From Octopus sinensis (lineage: Eukaryota): a DNA stretch of 64,000 nt. This document shows positions 40,715-54,670 of this stretch, one piece after another. Below the pieces are notes generated by a model, which worked only from the letters and a program-made list of their open reading frames with translations, had not been told where the DNA came from and made no database searches. The position numbers and the translations under genes are program-made. Numbering within the stretch: the stretch's first letter is position 1; every line of letters begins with the position of its first letter. The DNA lies in contig NC_043013.1 of the NCBI RefSeq assembly GCF_006345805.1, positions 38,378,001 through 38,442,000 of the forward strand, in the 5' to 3' direction.

Positions 40715-41367
40715 TATATATGTATATGTATACATACGATTTTGTTTCAGTTTCTACTTACCAAGTTCATTCGCAGTCTTTGCTCGGTCCGGAGCTATAG
40801 TAAGAAATATTTATTCAATGTGCAACGCAGTCGTACTGAGCCCGTAAGCAAGTGGTTGATGAACCACACAGTCACGCCTATGCCAAATGATATGAATAAA
40901 TATTTAGCGATAGGTGTACTGTAATATATTGTCCGAATTTATATACTTCATATACAGAGAAAATGACAATATTGATACAGAATGAAATAATATTTTCTCA
41001 AATGCATTAAATGTGGGATTGCAGGGAATTGGTTTGGAAGGAAAATCGAAATTGAGTGAAAGATCTGGCTGTTTAGAGATGTTGTCAAAATGAAGGTTGA
41101 TAAAGCGTGAGTATCAAGCATAGTGTTAGAGAGATAAATACACAAATGTAATTAGTTACTATGGAAGTATGATACTGCTATACAAACACAGACACCTCCG
41201 CACATACATATACAACACAAACGGAAACTAACACAGGAGATACATACATAATGATGCATACATATATACATAAAGTCAAAGATAAATGCACGCACACACA
41301 CAAGCACATATGTGCGTGTCTGTGTGTGGGCAAGCATATCTGTGAGTACGTGTATAACGATATATAT

Positions 41368-41598
41368 GGAATAGCTGTGTGGACAGAAGCTTGCTTCCCA
41401 ACCGTACGGTTCCGAGATCGGTCCCACTACGTGGCACCTTGGGCAAGTGTATTCTACTATAGCGTTGGGTCGGCCAAAGTACAAGCTGGATTTGGTAGAG
41501 GGAAACTGAAAGAAGCCCCTCTTATATATGTATATATATGTATATATATGTATTTGTTTGTGTGTCCGTGTTTGTCCCCCTACCATCGCTTGACAACC
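41368..41598 (+). mobile_element. SINE family A 5' half, cut off by the downstream repeat
   Basis: GTGGCACCTTGGGCAAGTG..GGAAACTGAAAGAAGCCC..ATCGCTTGACAACC. Confidence 0.85.
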
Positions 41599-41610
41599 TA
41601 ATGCCAAATA

Positions 41611-42234
41611 TAATGGTTATTAACAATTTGTCTATTTTCGGCATACTTGGCATTAGAATTTTTTTTCTTTTGCCCTTATTTTATAACTTATTTATAAATT
41701 TAACCTTTAAAGGTATTTTTTAATATGCTGGCCATTGATAAAATTTTTTTGGAAAAATTTTATCCGATATTACATGTAATTTTAATAGTGTTCATTTCCG
41801 GACTCTCACTCTGAATGTTTCTAGTTCGAACCACACGTGTCTCGAGATGTTCTATTTTGGATATATCTGGGGTGCTTATGTCTGCTCAGGACTTAGTGCT
41901 TGCTTTTTCCATGGGTATGAGTAAGTATTTCATTTATGTCTTACGTATTTATCGCTGAGGAGGAGAATATTATTATGAATTAACTCTGAAATTGGGACCA
42001 ATACGGTAATAAGGGAATTTTTTAGAAATTTCTATCGGCTTGTATCGAGACGCATGTTCATTGTGATAAATTCTAATGGTTATTGACAATTTGTCTATTT
42101 TCGGCATATTTGGCATTAGAAGGTTTTTCTTTTGCCCTTATGTTGTAAGTTATTTATTAATTTAACCTTTAAGGATATTTTGTGATATGCTGGCCATTGA
42201 TAAAATTTTTTTCAATAAATTTTATCCTATATTA
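41611..42234. repeat. About 160-bp direct repeats (41611-41772 and 42074-42234), pseudo-LTR-like
   Basis: TAATGGTTATT.ACAATTTGTCTATTTTCGGCATA..ATGCTGGCCATTGATAAAATTTTTT in both copies. Confidence 0.85.
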
Positions 42235-42260
42235 GATATATATATATTTATATATATACT

Positions 42261-42377
42261 TTGGGTCCTCCCATAAGTAATGCGATTTGTTTTTCAATTG
42301 CATGAGCTAAAAGATGGAGAGGGACGGGATAAACTACCAGCATCAACTTTCGGTGACAGCAGATAGAAATTTTACCA
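42261..42377 (+). mobile_element. Solo 5' end of the mariner family found at 44303-45266
   Basis: TTGGGTCCTCCCATAAG..GGGACGGGATAAACTACCAGCATCAACT matches the reverse complement of 45155-45266. Confidence 0.8.
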
Positions 42378-42679
42378 TGTATTTATTCTTAAAAGAAGAC
42401 AGAGTGCTACCCATTGAAATGAAGTATTTTTTTGTATTTTACTCAAGAACACAATGCACTGCCAGTGTGGGAATCGAAACCACTATATTTGATTTCACTA
42501 GGTGCGCCACAAATTTGACATATTCCTTTTTGTCCTTAATAGTATCCACATGAAACTCTCTGTGCTGCATAATTCTGTAGGAAATGTTCTACGCCATCAG
42601 TACGGGGCAATATTTATTTATAAGTATGTAATGCACACACATACTCACACACACGCGTACACACGCACATGCGTGTATG

Positions 42680-42722
<43 letters not shown>

Positions 42723-43387
42723 CATAAATATTTATATACATTATTGAAATAACATCAATTATTGAGATATCACGTATAGGACGTCTTATATAATATACTC
42801 AGTTATAGCTTTTGTTTATCGCATTAGAAGAAATGGTTCATGATTACAAGACTGTTCTTGTGGACTCTAGTTGCTATGGAAACGTGTCATGGCGCCATAA
42901 TGTCAAATCTGAGCAGCATCGCTATATAAAAATACAGAAAGTACGTGAAGGCTATTTGGGAAGCTTGAACACTTTTACATATTTCATCTCCACACACACA
43001 GACACACACAAACACGCAAAGACACAGACACGGGCATACACACACATACACATACACACAAGCACAAGCACATACATATACATTTAAGCTCACATAGGCA
43101 CATAAATATACACAAGCAATACATGCATTGTATACAAACACACGAGCACGCTCACACATTCGGATACGTATATATACAAACGCACACGTACATATCTGCA
43201 TGTGCGCTTGTGGATATCCATACGGTCCTTTTATAACGTAGGTTCACTTCATTTTACGCATAGATGCGAGTAATTGACACAAATTAAAATGTATGTGTTC
43301 GAATTTAACTCATGCTAATAACATATAGGTATATTTTATCAATAATATCGAAGTACGCATATGTGTACATGTAAGTAATTATCATGG

Positions 43388-43438
<51 letters not shown>

Positions 43439-43474
43439 CATAATATATGTATATATATATGTATATATATATAT

Positions 43475-43524
<50 letters not shown>

Positions 43525-43675
43525 TATATATATATATATATATGTAGAAGAAACACACGAGTTGATATATATGGAAAACTTAAAGTTGAAAAAATCTCAA
43601 TGACTGTAACCGGTACTGAAATGTTTTTTATAAAATTATTTTAGCATTTTCTATCTTGACTTTTTCCATATATAT

Positions 43676-43719
<44 letters not shown>

Positions 43720-44302
43720 GAACGAAATGAAAAAATAATTAAAATAAGTTTAACTTCTTAGTTATGCGGAGAATGATTAAATTTTATGTAGTTATATATA
43801 GAGAAAAAATCTAATTATCACATAACGATGCTGTTTACATAATTACTTATAACATTATAACAAGTAGGGGATTGAATTGAAATGATATCTATATAAGTAA
43901 TTTAAAGATGAGCTTGGTATATATATTTCATATAAACATATAATAACTATAATAAAGGTGGAAGAGTAATAAAGAAAAAATGAAGCACAGTTTGTTCGGA
44001 CATATTTGTATCGAACAAATTCTATATACACGTTTCTGCTTTGCAGAAGTTTTCATTTCGTAGTAGTACACAAAAATCATTTATAACTGACCTTGGTTCG
44101 GTTTTAATGATTTTATGTAGATTTTCTTTATTTCAAGTCACCTGCATTTTAAATCCAGTGCAACGATGACGTGCACTTCTCGAAGGTTTGCATTGCTATT
44201 TTGGTTCACATGCTAATTGAGAGCAGTATTTTTATATGTATACATACATACATACATACATACATATATGCATACGCACACACACAAACACACTCATATA
44301 TA

Positions 44303-45266
44303 GTGGGTCACCAGAAAAATAATGCGTGTTTATAATTCTTTTATGTTTCGAAATTAAGATAAACAAAGTTCTTTTTTAATCTAAAACATACGTTCCTTCA
44401 ATTTTTACTATGCTCTTCTATCTATGCGGTAGACTTGTAAAGCCTCTCTTTCAAACTTCAGTTGTCCATGACAAAATATACTCCTCCCGTACTGTTCTGA
44501 CCTGGTTCAAAGTGGGCAATATCTTTCATATCCCACCAGACAGGTAACCTTCTTTAGCCTGGCATACCAATGTTTTTCTTTTCTCTACCCACTGATTCGG
44601 CGATTAACATCTTCATAAAGAACCTATTTCTCGTCACCAATCACTAGTCAGTCCGAAACAGTTTCATTCGTGGGACGTGATAGAATAGAAGAGCACAAAT
44701 TCACTATCTGCGTGCGATTAGATTGGGAAAGTTTGTGAGGAACCCAATGACCCAATTTGTTGACTCTTCCAATCACCTGCAGGTGTCGGTGTATAGATGA
44801 ATGACCAACTCGGAGTTTCTCTGCTAGCTCCTCAGCTGTTACAATGGGATTTTGTTCCACCAGGGTTTTGGGGACGTCCTCGTCGGGCTTTATATTTCTT
44901 CAAAGACGAGGCTCGTCATATAGGCTGTAATCTTCAGCTCTGAATTTCTGGAACCACGTTGACACTGGCTTATGCTTATTGTCCGAGCCCCATCGACTGA
45001 ATTGTTATATCTCGTACTTTCCGTTGGGATGTTGCCTTTATTGAACTCATACAGCAAAATATGCCGAATATGCTCCTTTGTCACTTCGTTTATAGCTTTG
45101 AAAAAATAACTTTTAAAAACTGAACTCTTCAGAACTTGCACTAAAAGTAAGTACCAGGTAAAATTACTATCTGCTTTTATAGTAAGTTGATGCAGGTAAT
45201 TTATCCCGTCCCCCTCCGACTTTTAGTTCATGCAATTTAGTTCATGCAAGTTATGGGATGACCCAA
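44303..45266 (-). mobile_element. Internally deleted Mos1-like mariner transposon
   Basis: TA-flanked TIRs; KEHIRHILLYEFNKG, ELAEKL..IHRHL..KLGHWVPHKLS, GDEK (first catalytic D), and C-terminal RG..SLPHR..EGTYV. Confidence 0.92.
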
Positions 45267-45466
45267 TATATTTACATACATATACTTCACGTGTACAGAT
45301 ACAAATGTATATCCGGTAATGTGCTGAAATATATAAATACACACATGTATATACCCACGTATATATAATTTATACATTGATACATATTTCCAGCTATATA
45401 AATTCTGTCTAACGTATACTTATATACACACACACAATATATATATATATATATAATATATATATA

Positions 45467-45507
<41 letters not shown>

Positions 45508-46997
45508 CTTCCAGTTATCCATATAGGAGAAAGTAGCTGTCGAACTACATACATTCGAAAATAGTCTACAAGAAGGATATTGGTATAAATATATTGACAG
45601 CTATATTTCTGCTTCTTTCTAGTTGGGATAGCTTTTGGTATTTCTTATAATTTAGTGAGAATTTGAATTAGCATAACCGATTGAAGGAACATTCTGCGTA
45701 TATAGTTAGCGTAGTGAGTTAACAAAAAAATAATGTATTGACTTTTGATTTGTATCTGTTAATTAAATGCATTTCTTAATTGTTTCGTTGCTGCTTTGAC
45801 ATTGAGTCACAACATTTGTAGGAAGAGAAGACAGAATATTTGGGGAAAACCTGTTTTCCACCATTATCTGAATATGCACTGAGAGGTAATTTTCTTGCTT
45901 ATATATCACTGATCTGTTGTCGGTGTGCTGTCATTCGTTTCCTTATCGAGCATATCTCTTTGTCCAATATATTGTTCTCGGCAACCATTACCCGTTATAA
46001 TGTAGATTATGTCATCCGATTTGCAGCCGAAGTTGTTCGTAATTTTGAAGATAAGGACCCCTTTGAAGTGAAATTCATGACCTACCTATTTCAATTTACG
46101 TTCTCCAGGAGTTTAGCCGATTACATTTACTTCCTTTAAAGTCAAATGTACTTAAAACTGTAGAAAAGTTACTTAACAGTAAATTTTTAAAAAGTTACTT
46201 AAAACTGTAAGTTTTCAATGAGCGCGGATGCACACAACTATATACACACACACGCACAGGCACGAACGCACACAAACACATATATGCTGCTCAGTTAATA
46301 AGACAGTGATTGTGAAAGAATCCACGCACATATTCGGAATAAATATAACATGAAACATGAACATAAGTCTCCTTTTCAAAATTAGTTGAGCAGGTCTTGA
46401 TTTTGTTCTGAAGAAAGGTAGAGAGGGAGAAATAGAGAGAAAGTGTGTGTGAGAGAGAGAGAGAGAGAGTCATGTTGTGTACTCGAGTACACCGTGTTCT
46501 CGTCACGTCTTCAAGCTTTGTGCATGTTATTGAAGTACATGTTATTGAACGTGTACATGTAAAATTATTTACAATTTATGTTCAGACATATTTTTATTTT
46601 TAGTGATGCTACCAGCAAATGTTAGGAAGTAACGATAAGTAAACTTGTCGCCAGTTACATATCGCATTATAACAATAAGAACCAATCTCTTGTTTTCAGG
46701 TTCCCTGAGACAAAAACCTCACAAATTACAGCAAAAAAAGACCAGCAGTAGACAGTCGGAACTAATGGAAATATTCACTATGTATTTCAACGTAGGAATT
46801 CTTATACACAAACGTGGAAATTTGTATTATTATCTAAAATAAATCTGAATGATTCACAATTTACACATACACACACTCTCATACATACAAACATACACAA
46901 ACATATGTGTTAGTACATATCTCTGCCTGCTTCTCCACATACATACACACATATGCATAGACATGTAGATAGACATATTACGCGCATTCATACATAC

Positions 46998-47057
<60 letters not shown>

Positions 47058-47110
47058 ACATATATAATATTTACATATATAAATAGAATTCACTAGAATC
47101 TCAATTATTT

Positions 47111-47144
<34 letters not shown>

Positions 47145-48435
47145 ATGAATATATATGTATATATATATAAATTTTTATATTATATATATATATTACATAC
47201 ATATACACATATATATGAATATATATACATATATTATGGTATATATATAATATATACATACACACATACACAGCATGTATTTAATTACGGATGCGTATAC
47301 GTATATATATCTAAAAGTATACACGCACACAATATATGTCATTGGATTATGACTGTGTATCTCATACGCATCTCTATTGAAGCAGATAAGTAAGAACAAA
47401 ATGATACTGAGATTGTGTGCAGCAATGTAAGTGGCTATCATTTAAAATGTCAGCGATATATGTTTGTTCGCTCATCATACAGTATTACATATATGCGTGT
47501 GTTTTTGTGTATACATACATACATACATACGTGTATATATATACAAATATATACAAATATATATATTTATATATATATTTATCTATAGGTATGTATACAG
47601 GCAGTTAAAAAGAATTTTCACTACTCCTCTATAGCAAACAGTTGCACGCAATTCATATTGAAAACTGATTTTGCATTGATGATTCATATAAGAATGAAAA
47701 ATCAAAGACAATTGGGTGAATATCGAAAAAATAATACTAAAGCTAACATAGATATTATTCATAATATTTGATCCATTCTAAGTGATATAAGTAAAGAATC
47801 GTAGGAGTGGCCACATGCAATACAGTTTGCTTTTCTATAGCTTAGATAACGCAACATTTGTGTGCACTATAATAGTATTTGTACAAGCAGCGTTGTTCTG
47901 ATCTGTAAAGAGAGTGTGAAAATGGTAAGAAGTAACTGAGAGATAGAAGAAACCTCACTTTCTGTATTCGCAGGACAATCTTTCACAGCTTGCTTCAGTC
48001 CAAAAGTGAATCATATATCTACATACATACGTTATATATATATATATACATACGCATACACACTTATATATTGTATATATGTTTACGTATGTGTGTTTGT
48101 ATATATGTTTACAAATGCATGCAAACGAACACATTTCTATGAAATATGGCTTGAAATGGAAAATTAGGAAAAACATGTTTATTTCACCGGTTTCTATAAT
48201 GATTATCCAGTATATGTTCAGAGATGTCAGATTTATGTAGTAAATAGGAAAAAACGAACTGTTGCAAAGAAAAATAATAACAATAAAGAAATCGAAAATG
48301 GCGTTTATTCTTGACGTAGCTACCAATGAAATGTTCATTAACTCCGTCCTATTTTTCTTCAACTTTGAACTTTTGTATGGTACATACATACATACATACA
48401 CTACATACATACATACTACATACATACATAAATAC

Positions 48436-48491
<56 letters not shown>

Positions 48492-48544
48492 ATATATATA
48501 GTTCAAATTTACAGAAAAGAAAATACGAAAATAGGTGTAGGAAC

Positions 48545-48625
48545 ATCAAGCAGGTATATTAGTTTAACGCTCAGGAAAAATGGTAAAGTCTTTCACGTTT
48601 CGCGCCTACGCTCTTCCACAGAAAA
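48545..48625 (-). mobile_element. Penelope-like repeat end with a CUGUGGA hammerhead-like motif
   Basis: Minus strand TTTT-CTGTGGA-A-GAGC-GTAG-GCGC-GAAA-CG-TG-AAAG; same family as 63326-63405. Confidence 0.6.
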
Positions 48626-48959
48626 GGTAACAAAGGTAACAAAAGGTAACAAAGGTAATAAGAGGTAACAAAATGTATGTATGTATGTATGTATTTATGC
48701 ATTAGTGTTTATAGTTATGTTATTATAAAAATACTTTTACATTACTTTAAATAATTACTCAATGCCATTGTTTCAGTAAATGTTATACAATTATAGTATC
48801 TGGGGTGACTCTAACATTTCGGTCAAAGCCATCATCAGAATGACATAACTGTCTGAAACTTTGAAGTCTTTTTTTTTTTAAGTATTGTTAAAGAATAAAG
48901 CATATACTTATATACAGTGTCTCTTAATTTTTGAATATTTCTTCGTTTGTAATTCCTCA

Positions 48960-49320
48960 CGTATGTCAGTGGTTCCTCTAAGAATGATGTGTTTCGCGGG
49001 GAACCATTGTCCAGAGACGTCGCATTTCATGTTCTGTGGAGTTCACTTTTAGTGTTGGCACATCTCTCGTCATGGCCGTAAGCTTTCGTCGTTTATTCGA
49101 CGTTGTTTTTCAAAGTGGTCCATGCCAATCTTGATACGACGCAACGTTGTTCTATCTTCAGCGAGCTTTACCCAGCACAATGCTTTTTATCGGCTGTTTC
49201 AGTTAATATTAGAAAGTCGTCGCATGAGGCAGCCGTGACTGTGTTGAAATTGCTGTAGATGATTTGACGTAGCAGTTTGGTGCTGTTCATGTGGTGCACA
49301 CGCCTATTCATCTTACGTGA
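48960..49320 (-). pseudogene. Old RTE/BovB-like ORF C-terminal remnant
   Basis: Minus-strand VHHM..KLLRQIIY..WVKLAEDRTTLRR.IKIGMDHFEKQRR resembles RTE C-termini. Confidence 0.5.
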
Positions 49321-49549
49321 TTTAAAAAAAAACCAATGATGTAAGACTACTACCGTTCAAAGATTGCAAGATTGTGTCGACGACAAAGCTGATCCTTTGA
49401 AATTCAAGTATAGTCATTTTTGCCAGTTGAGTGGACTGGAGCAACGTGAAATAAAGTGTCTTGGTCAAGGACACAATGCGTCGCTGGACATCGAACTTAC
49501 TACCGTACGATCGTGAGTCGAATTTCCTAAGAACTAAGCCACGTGAATT

Positions 49550-49649
49550 NNNNNNNNNNNNNNNNNNNNNNNNNNNNNNNNNNNNNNNNNNNNNNNNNNN
49601 NNNNNNNNNNNNNNNNNNNNNNNNNNNNNNNNNNNNNNNNNNNNNNNNN
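49550..49649. other. Assembly gap (100 N)
   Basis: Run of N. Confidence 1.
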
Positions 49650-50045
49650 TCGATGCTGCTGCCCGCATCGCGTCTCCTGTCGTGAGGTTGGTTCATCTGG
49701 GACTTCCAACAAGAAGAGATCCAGTTTAGTTTTAAAGAAACCCACATCCACACCATGTAAGTCTTCAGGCATTTAGGAGGATGTTGAAAAGCTGTGGTCC
49801 TCTGAAACCCAAGCTGTTGCAGTACTGGACTGTATTTGATGGTGATGTTGGAATCCTTGGCAGCACGCAGCGGCGCCCCGTTCTTACGGTTGAGTAATTT
49901 GAATGCCAAAGTTTGGGATAGGACCCTCCAGGATTTTCCAGATGTATATACTGCATATATCTCCCGCTCCGCTCCAGGGAGAAGAGGTTTAATACCTTCA
50001 GTCTTTCCCAGTAGCTGACATTTTGCATTGAGACGATTTTCTTTG
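49650..50045 (-). pseudogene. CR1/L2-group LINE ORF2 C-terminal remnant
   Basis: SYWERLKVLNLFSLER..TGRRC..NSLGFRGPQLFNIL..FKTKLDLFL..VPDEP. Confidence 0.9.
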
Positions 50046-50082
50046 TGTAGCTCTTGAGTTGCTTCGAGTTCTGCTTTGTTAT

Positions 50083-50113
<31 letters not shown>

Positions 50114-50115
50114 TA

Positions 50116-50276
50116 ACGTGTTTCTTTCAGTTTCGTCTACCAATATCCTCACAAGGATTTTGGTCAGCCCGAGGCTATAGTAGAATACACTTGCCCAAGG
50201 TGCCAAGCAGTGGGTCTGAACCCGGAACCATGTGGTTGGGAACCATGCTTCTTACCACAAAACCACTCCTGCGCCT
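50116..50276 (-). mobile_element. SINE family A 5' half
   Basis: Reverse complement of the family A head. Confidence 0.85.
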
Positions 50277-50565
50277 ATATATATATTCAAACACACATAC
50301 ACATACACATGTATACAGTAGACGCCCACACGTGTATATACATTTGAACGCGTACGCGAGCGGTCATGCTGGTGTGTGCAGGTTACAAGGAATAATAATT
50401 CAATAGATATGAACGCTGAAGAACCATGCACTCCAAACTCAATGGGCGCCCTTAGAGATCCATGTTCCCATAAGTAGAAACGTGAAGATAAATACTTATA
50501 AAGAAAAAATATACTGGGAATATTGCATAGCCAACTAAATTAATACTGCTACAGAAAGAACAAAA

Positions 50566-50625
<60 letters not shown>

Positions 50626-50833
50626 AATCTATCTATCTATCTTCTATTATGTCTGTCTATCTATCCATCTATTTATCTATCTATCTAGCTCTCCCTCTCT
50701 CTCTATATATCTATATATATATATATATATAGATATATGTCTGCATATATCTATCTATCTATCTATCATCTATCTATCTATCTATCTATCGATCTATCTA
50801 TCTATCTATATATATATCTAATATATACACACA

Positions 50834-50902
<69 letters not shown>

Positions 50903-51351
50903 GTATAAATATATTTGTGTGTGTGTGGCTGTCTCCCTGTCTGTCAGTCTTTCTGTCACTCTGTCTGTACCCGTGTATATTGATAGTGAAATCATGATAA
51001 AAATGTCCTCGTAATACGTGCATATCTCATTTCCAAGCACGTTTCTACGGTATCAACAGGTATTCTCACCTCGGAGTTTATCTGGCCTTCATGTACTTTA
51101 TGTAGATTAATCCATGAGGAAAACATTGTCTGTTTGGGAGGGAACGGGAAATGGATAATGGCGTCGAAGTAATGATACGAGCCAAAGAGTTGCTTTTCCA
51201 GCCAAAAATGTTTTATGTATGTGGTGTACGTGTGTGTGAGTCTGTCTATGTGAAGAAGCGCTTTTATTTTTTGATTTCAATATACACATACAAAATATAT
51301 TCATATAAGCATACGCACATGAGCGATTTTGCGTATATGTATATGTATATA

Positions 51352-51397
<46 letters not shown>

Positions 51398-51461
51398 ATA
51401 TATATGCATATATATGTATATAAGCATATATGCGCATATGCGTATATATTGTTCGTATTGC

Positions 51462-51507
<46 letters not shown>

Positions 51508-51577
51508 GCATACACACATATATATTTATATGTATGTATATATACATATATATGTATGCATATATATATATATATGC

Positions 51578-51640
<63 letters not shown>

Positions 51641-51805
51641 GCATGTGTGTATATTTGTGGCTTGGTGTCAGTATATATTTAGACTATACACAAACACACA
51701 AATATATATGTTGTTTATACATACTTAATTATACATATATGCATACATGCAGACAATTATATATATATATACATATATATGTATGCATATATATATATAT
51801 AATAT

Positions 51806-51859
<54 letters not shown>

Positions 51860-52186
51860 GTAAACATGCATATATATGTATGTGCATAATTATATGAATA
51901 TGTATACATGTATCTGTGTGTGTGTGTGTATGAGTACTCCTCTGCGTGTGTGAGTGTATCGAGAGATAGATAGATTTAAATAGATAGATACATAAAAACA
52001 CTTGTACACAATCACATAAGCATACACGTATGTACTTGCGCGGGCATTCTGTCTCGCCCTACATTTTATAGTACAGTACATACTTTTACAAATACACACA
52101 CACATAGGCCTCCGTGCGTACGCACAGAGTTGTTACACAGATGCGAGTGTGAATGTGAGCGTGTGGGGTGACATGTTACTTACATC

Positions 52187-52227
<41 letters not shown>

Positions 52228-52590
52228 TTGTGTGCGTGTGTATGTTAAATGGAGGAAGACAAGAGAGTCAGCATATTTTAAACATAACGCTAAAAAGCAA
52301 ATGAACAGTCGCACAAAGAACACCAACAAAAACAGAAGAAAAACGTCTCACAATGCGCTACTTTGAGATTTGAGAGAACTATAAAATTAGCAGTCGTTAA
52401 ATTGCTCCAGATTCCACGTGACATTAATCTAAATTAGTATCTACACGCCCAGTTAAGAGATGTCATTTAATATACTTGCCGCCTGTCGTTTGTTCTGTTT
52501 TTGAAATAGTTCTTAGAAACAGGCTAAAAATGTGTCTTGTGTCTTACACAATGAAGTCACCATAGTTCTTGTATGTACATGGTATAGGGC

Positions 52591-52624
<34 letters not shown>

Positions 52625-52869
52625 GTCTTCGTCATCTTAATAATTGTCGTCGTCATAGCCATTCTCATTCATTTATCATAATCATCGTCGTCGTTGTCGT
52701 CGTCGTCGTCGTCGTTGTAATCGACATCATCATCACTATCGACACTCTTGTTGCTGTCTTCATCGTCATGATCATCATGTCGCCGTTGTAGCCGTTTCAA
52801 AATTGTCATTCTTCATCATCATCATCATAATCATAATCATCATCGTCGTCGTCATCAACATCATCATCG

Positions 52870-52923
<54 letters not shown>

Positions 52924-53644
52924 CCATTATCATCGTCGTCGTCGTTCTTCATCGTCTTGCTTGTTTAAATATGTCGGTTTTTATGATTGCATCTCTACTG
53001 TCCGTGTAACGACAAAACCACGTAACACAAGAACCAGAGTAATTAAGTAGGAAATACATTCATTGCTTCTCGTTACGAAATAAATATTTCTAGTTCGAAT
53101 CTACTTCACTCTTATACAATTAATGATGAATTTTTCGACCATCGCGATGATGAAAAATCTGTTGTTTGGCCAACTTATTCTGAAGGTCATTATCACTGAC
53201 CACTGAATTCTGTCAGAGTTTTGGTCCTCTAACTTATGGCACAATGTGCCAATTATATACTTTTGTCTGTTACAAGGAATTATATAATGAAATTATATAA
53301 TGACTCCTTTAATCCGTTGAATGCAGAACGTGGATGCACCTGCTGAAAATAGCAGAAAACGGTATCGTGCCTTGTAACATATTTTAAAAAGACAATGTTT
53401 CACATTTTGTTAATTGTTTTCTTACTTATTTCATCAAACTTCACTTCACAGAGCAAGATTGACATATTCTAGCGATGTATATGAACACAATATCTGCAGA
53501 AGATACTGAAAATATTATTGCAGAAGCAGAAAATATGAATTCTATATTTTTAGAGGATAAAAGGCATGATTACAGGAATAATCAGGAAATGTATTTGGGC
53601 GGAATAAGGTTTAATAAAGGTACTCTATAAATTATTAATTCTTT

Positions 53645-54060
53645 TTTAAAGTTTCTGCTCAGAGCTGTGGCCGTGCTGATGCACCGCCGTTTTGCGCTAC
53701 ACTGTTATTACTAGGAGCCTCCTCTAATATGTGGCACTTGATGAAGAATGGAGTTTGATATAGCTACCCTCATTTGCATCACTTGTCGTGAGGTAGGCTC
53801 ATCTGCGACTCTCGACAAGAAGAGGTCCAGCTTTGATTTAAAAAACCCTACATCTACTTTGTGCAGGTTCATCAGACTCTTTGGGAGAATAGTAAAAAGC
53901 TGTGGGCCCTTGAAACCCAGGCTGTTGCAGTAACTGGTTCTGAAGCGTGATGGCATTGCTGGCATCTTTGGCACTATGCAGTGTCGTCCCGTTCTGGCAT
54001 TGGTGTAGCTTTCAATGCCAACATTTGACACAATTCCTTCCAGGATCTTCCAGATATATA
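53645..54060 (-). pseudogene. CR1/L2-group LINE 3' end (ORF2 C-terminus plus 3' UTR)
   Basis: ORF 53711-54031: RTGRHC..NSLGFKGPQLF..FKSKLDLFL..DEP..SNSILHQ*. Homologous to 49650-50045 and followed by a hairpin UTR. Confidence 0.9.
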
Positions 54061-54393
54061 TTACTGCATACCTTTCTCTATATGTATATAAATTTCATAA
54101 AGAATAAAACATTCAGCTATAAACCACATATTTTTTACATGCTTCTATAGTCATTACAGACATAGACATATTAATGTTCCCTCCATCTTGATCCAAATGT
54201 ACATCCATGATATGAGAGAAGGGTGCTGCTGCAGAACCCTACTGCTTCTCAATTGAGTGGAAAGATATACATCACTACAAGAGCAGAACGTACACCATGT
54301 TCCCGGAAGTAAATTAATGACCTCAAGTCATGAATACCCTAATCACTCAACTATGCGCATTGAGAATTTCTGTATAATAACATTTATAACTGT

Positions 54394-54670
54394 AGCGAGG
54401 AAGGTGTTTATAAGCCATTTAAGAAACACACAAAAACCGTTAGATTCACTTCAACATTTAAATCTAATTTTCCGAAATATTTTCGTCGCTTTGAGACCAC
54501 GACGAAAATATTTCGGAAAATTAAATTTAAATGTTGAAGTGAATCTAACGGTTTTTGTGTGTTTCTTAAATGGCTTATAAACACCTTCCTCGCTGCGATT
54601 GTTTTCGCTCCAGCACACGATCTCAGATCAAGTTACTCGCTATGCAAGTACATCTCAGTAATTCCAAAAG
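54394..54670. mobile_element. Fold-back element (95-bp arms, 11-nt loop, 76-bp extension) with a 14-bp TSD
   Basis: 54394-54488 and 54500-54594 are near-perfect reverse complements; ACATTTATAACTGT at 54380-54393 and 54671-54684. Confidence 0.9.

Noticed and set aside
49322-50206. 294-aa ORF
   Set aside because: Reads through the N gap and joins SINE, microsatellite and off-frame LINE sequence.
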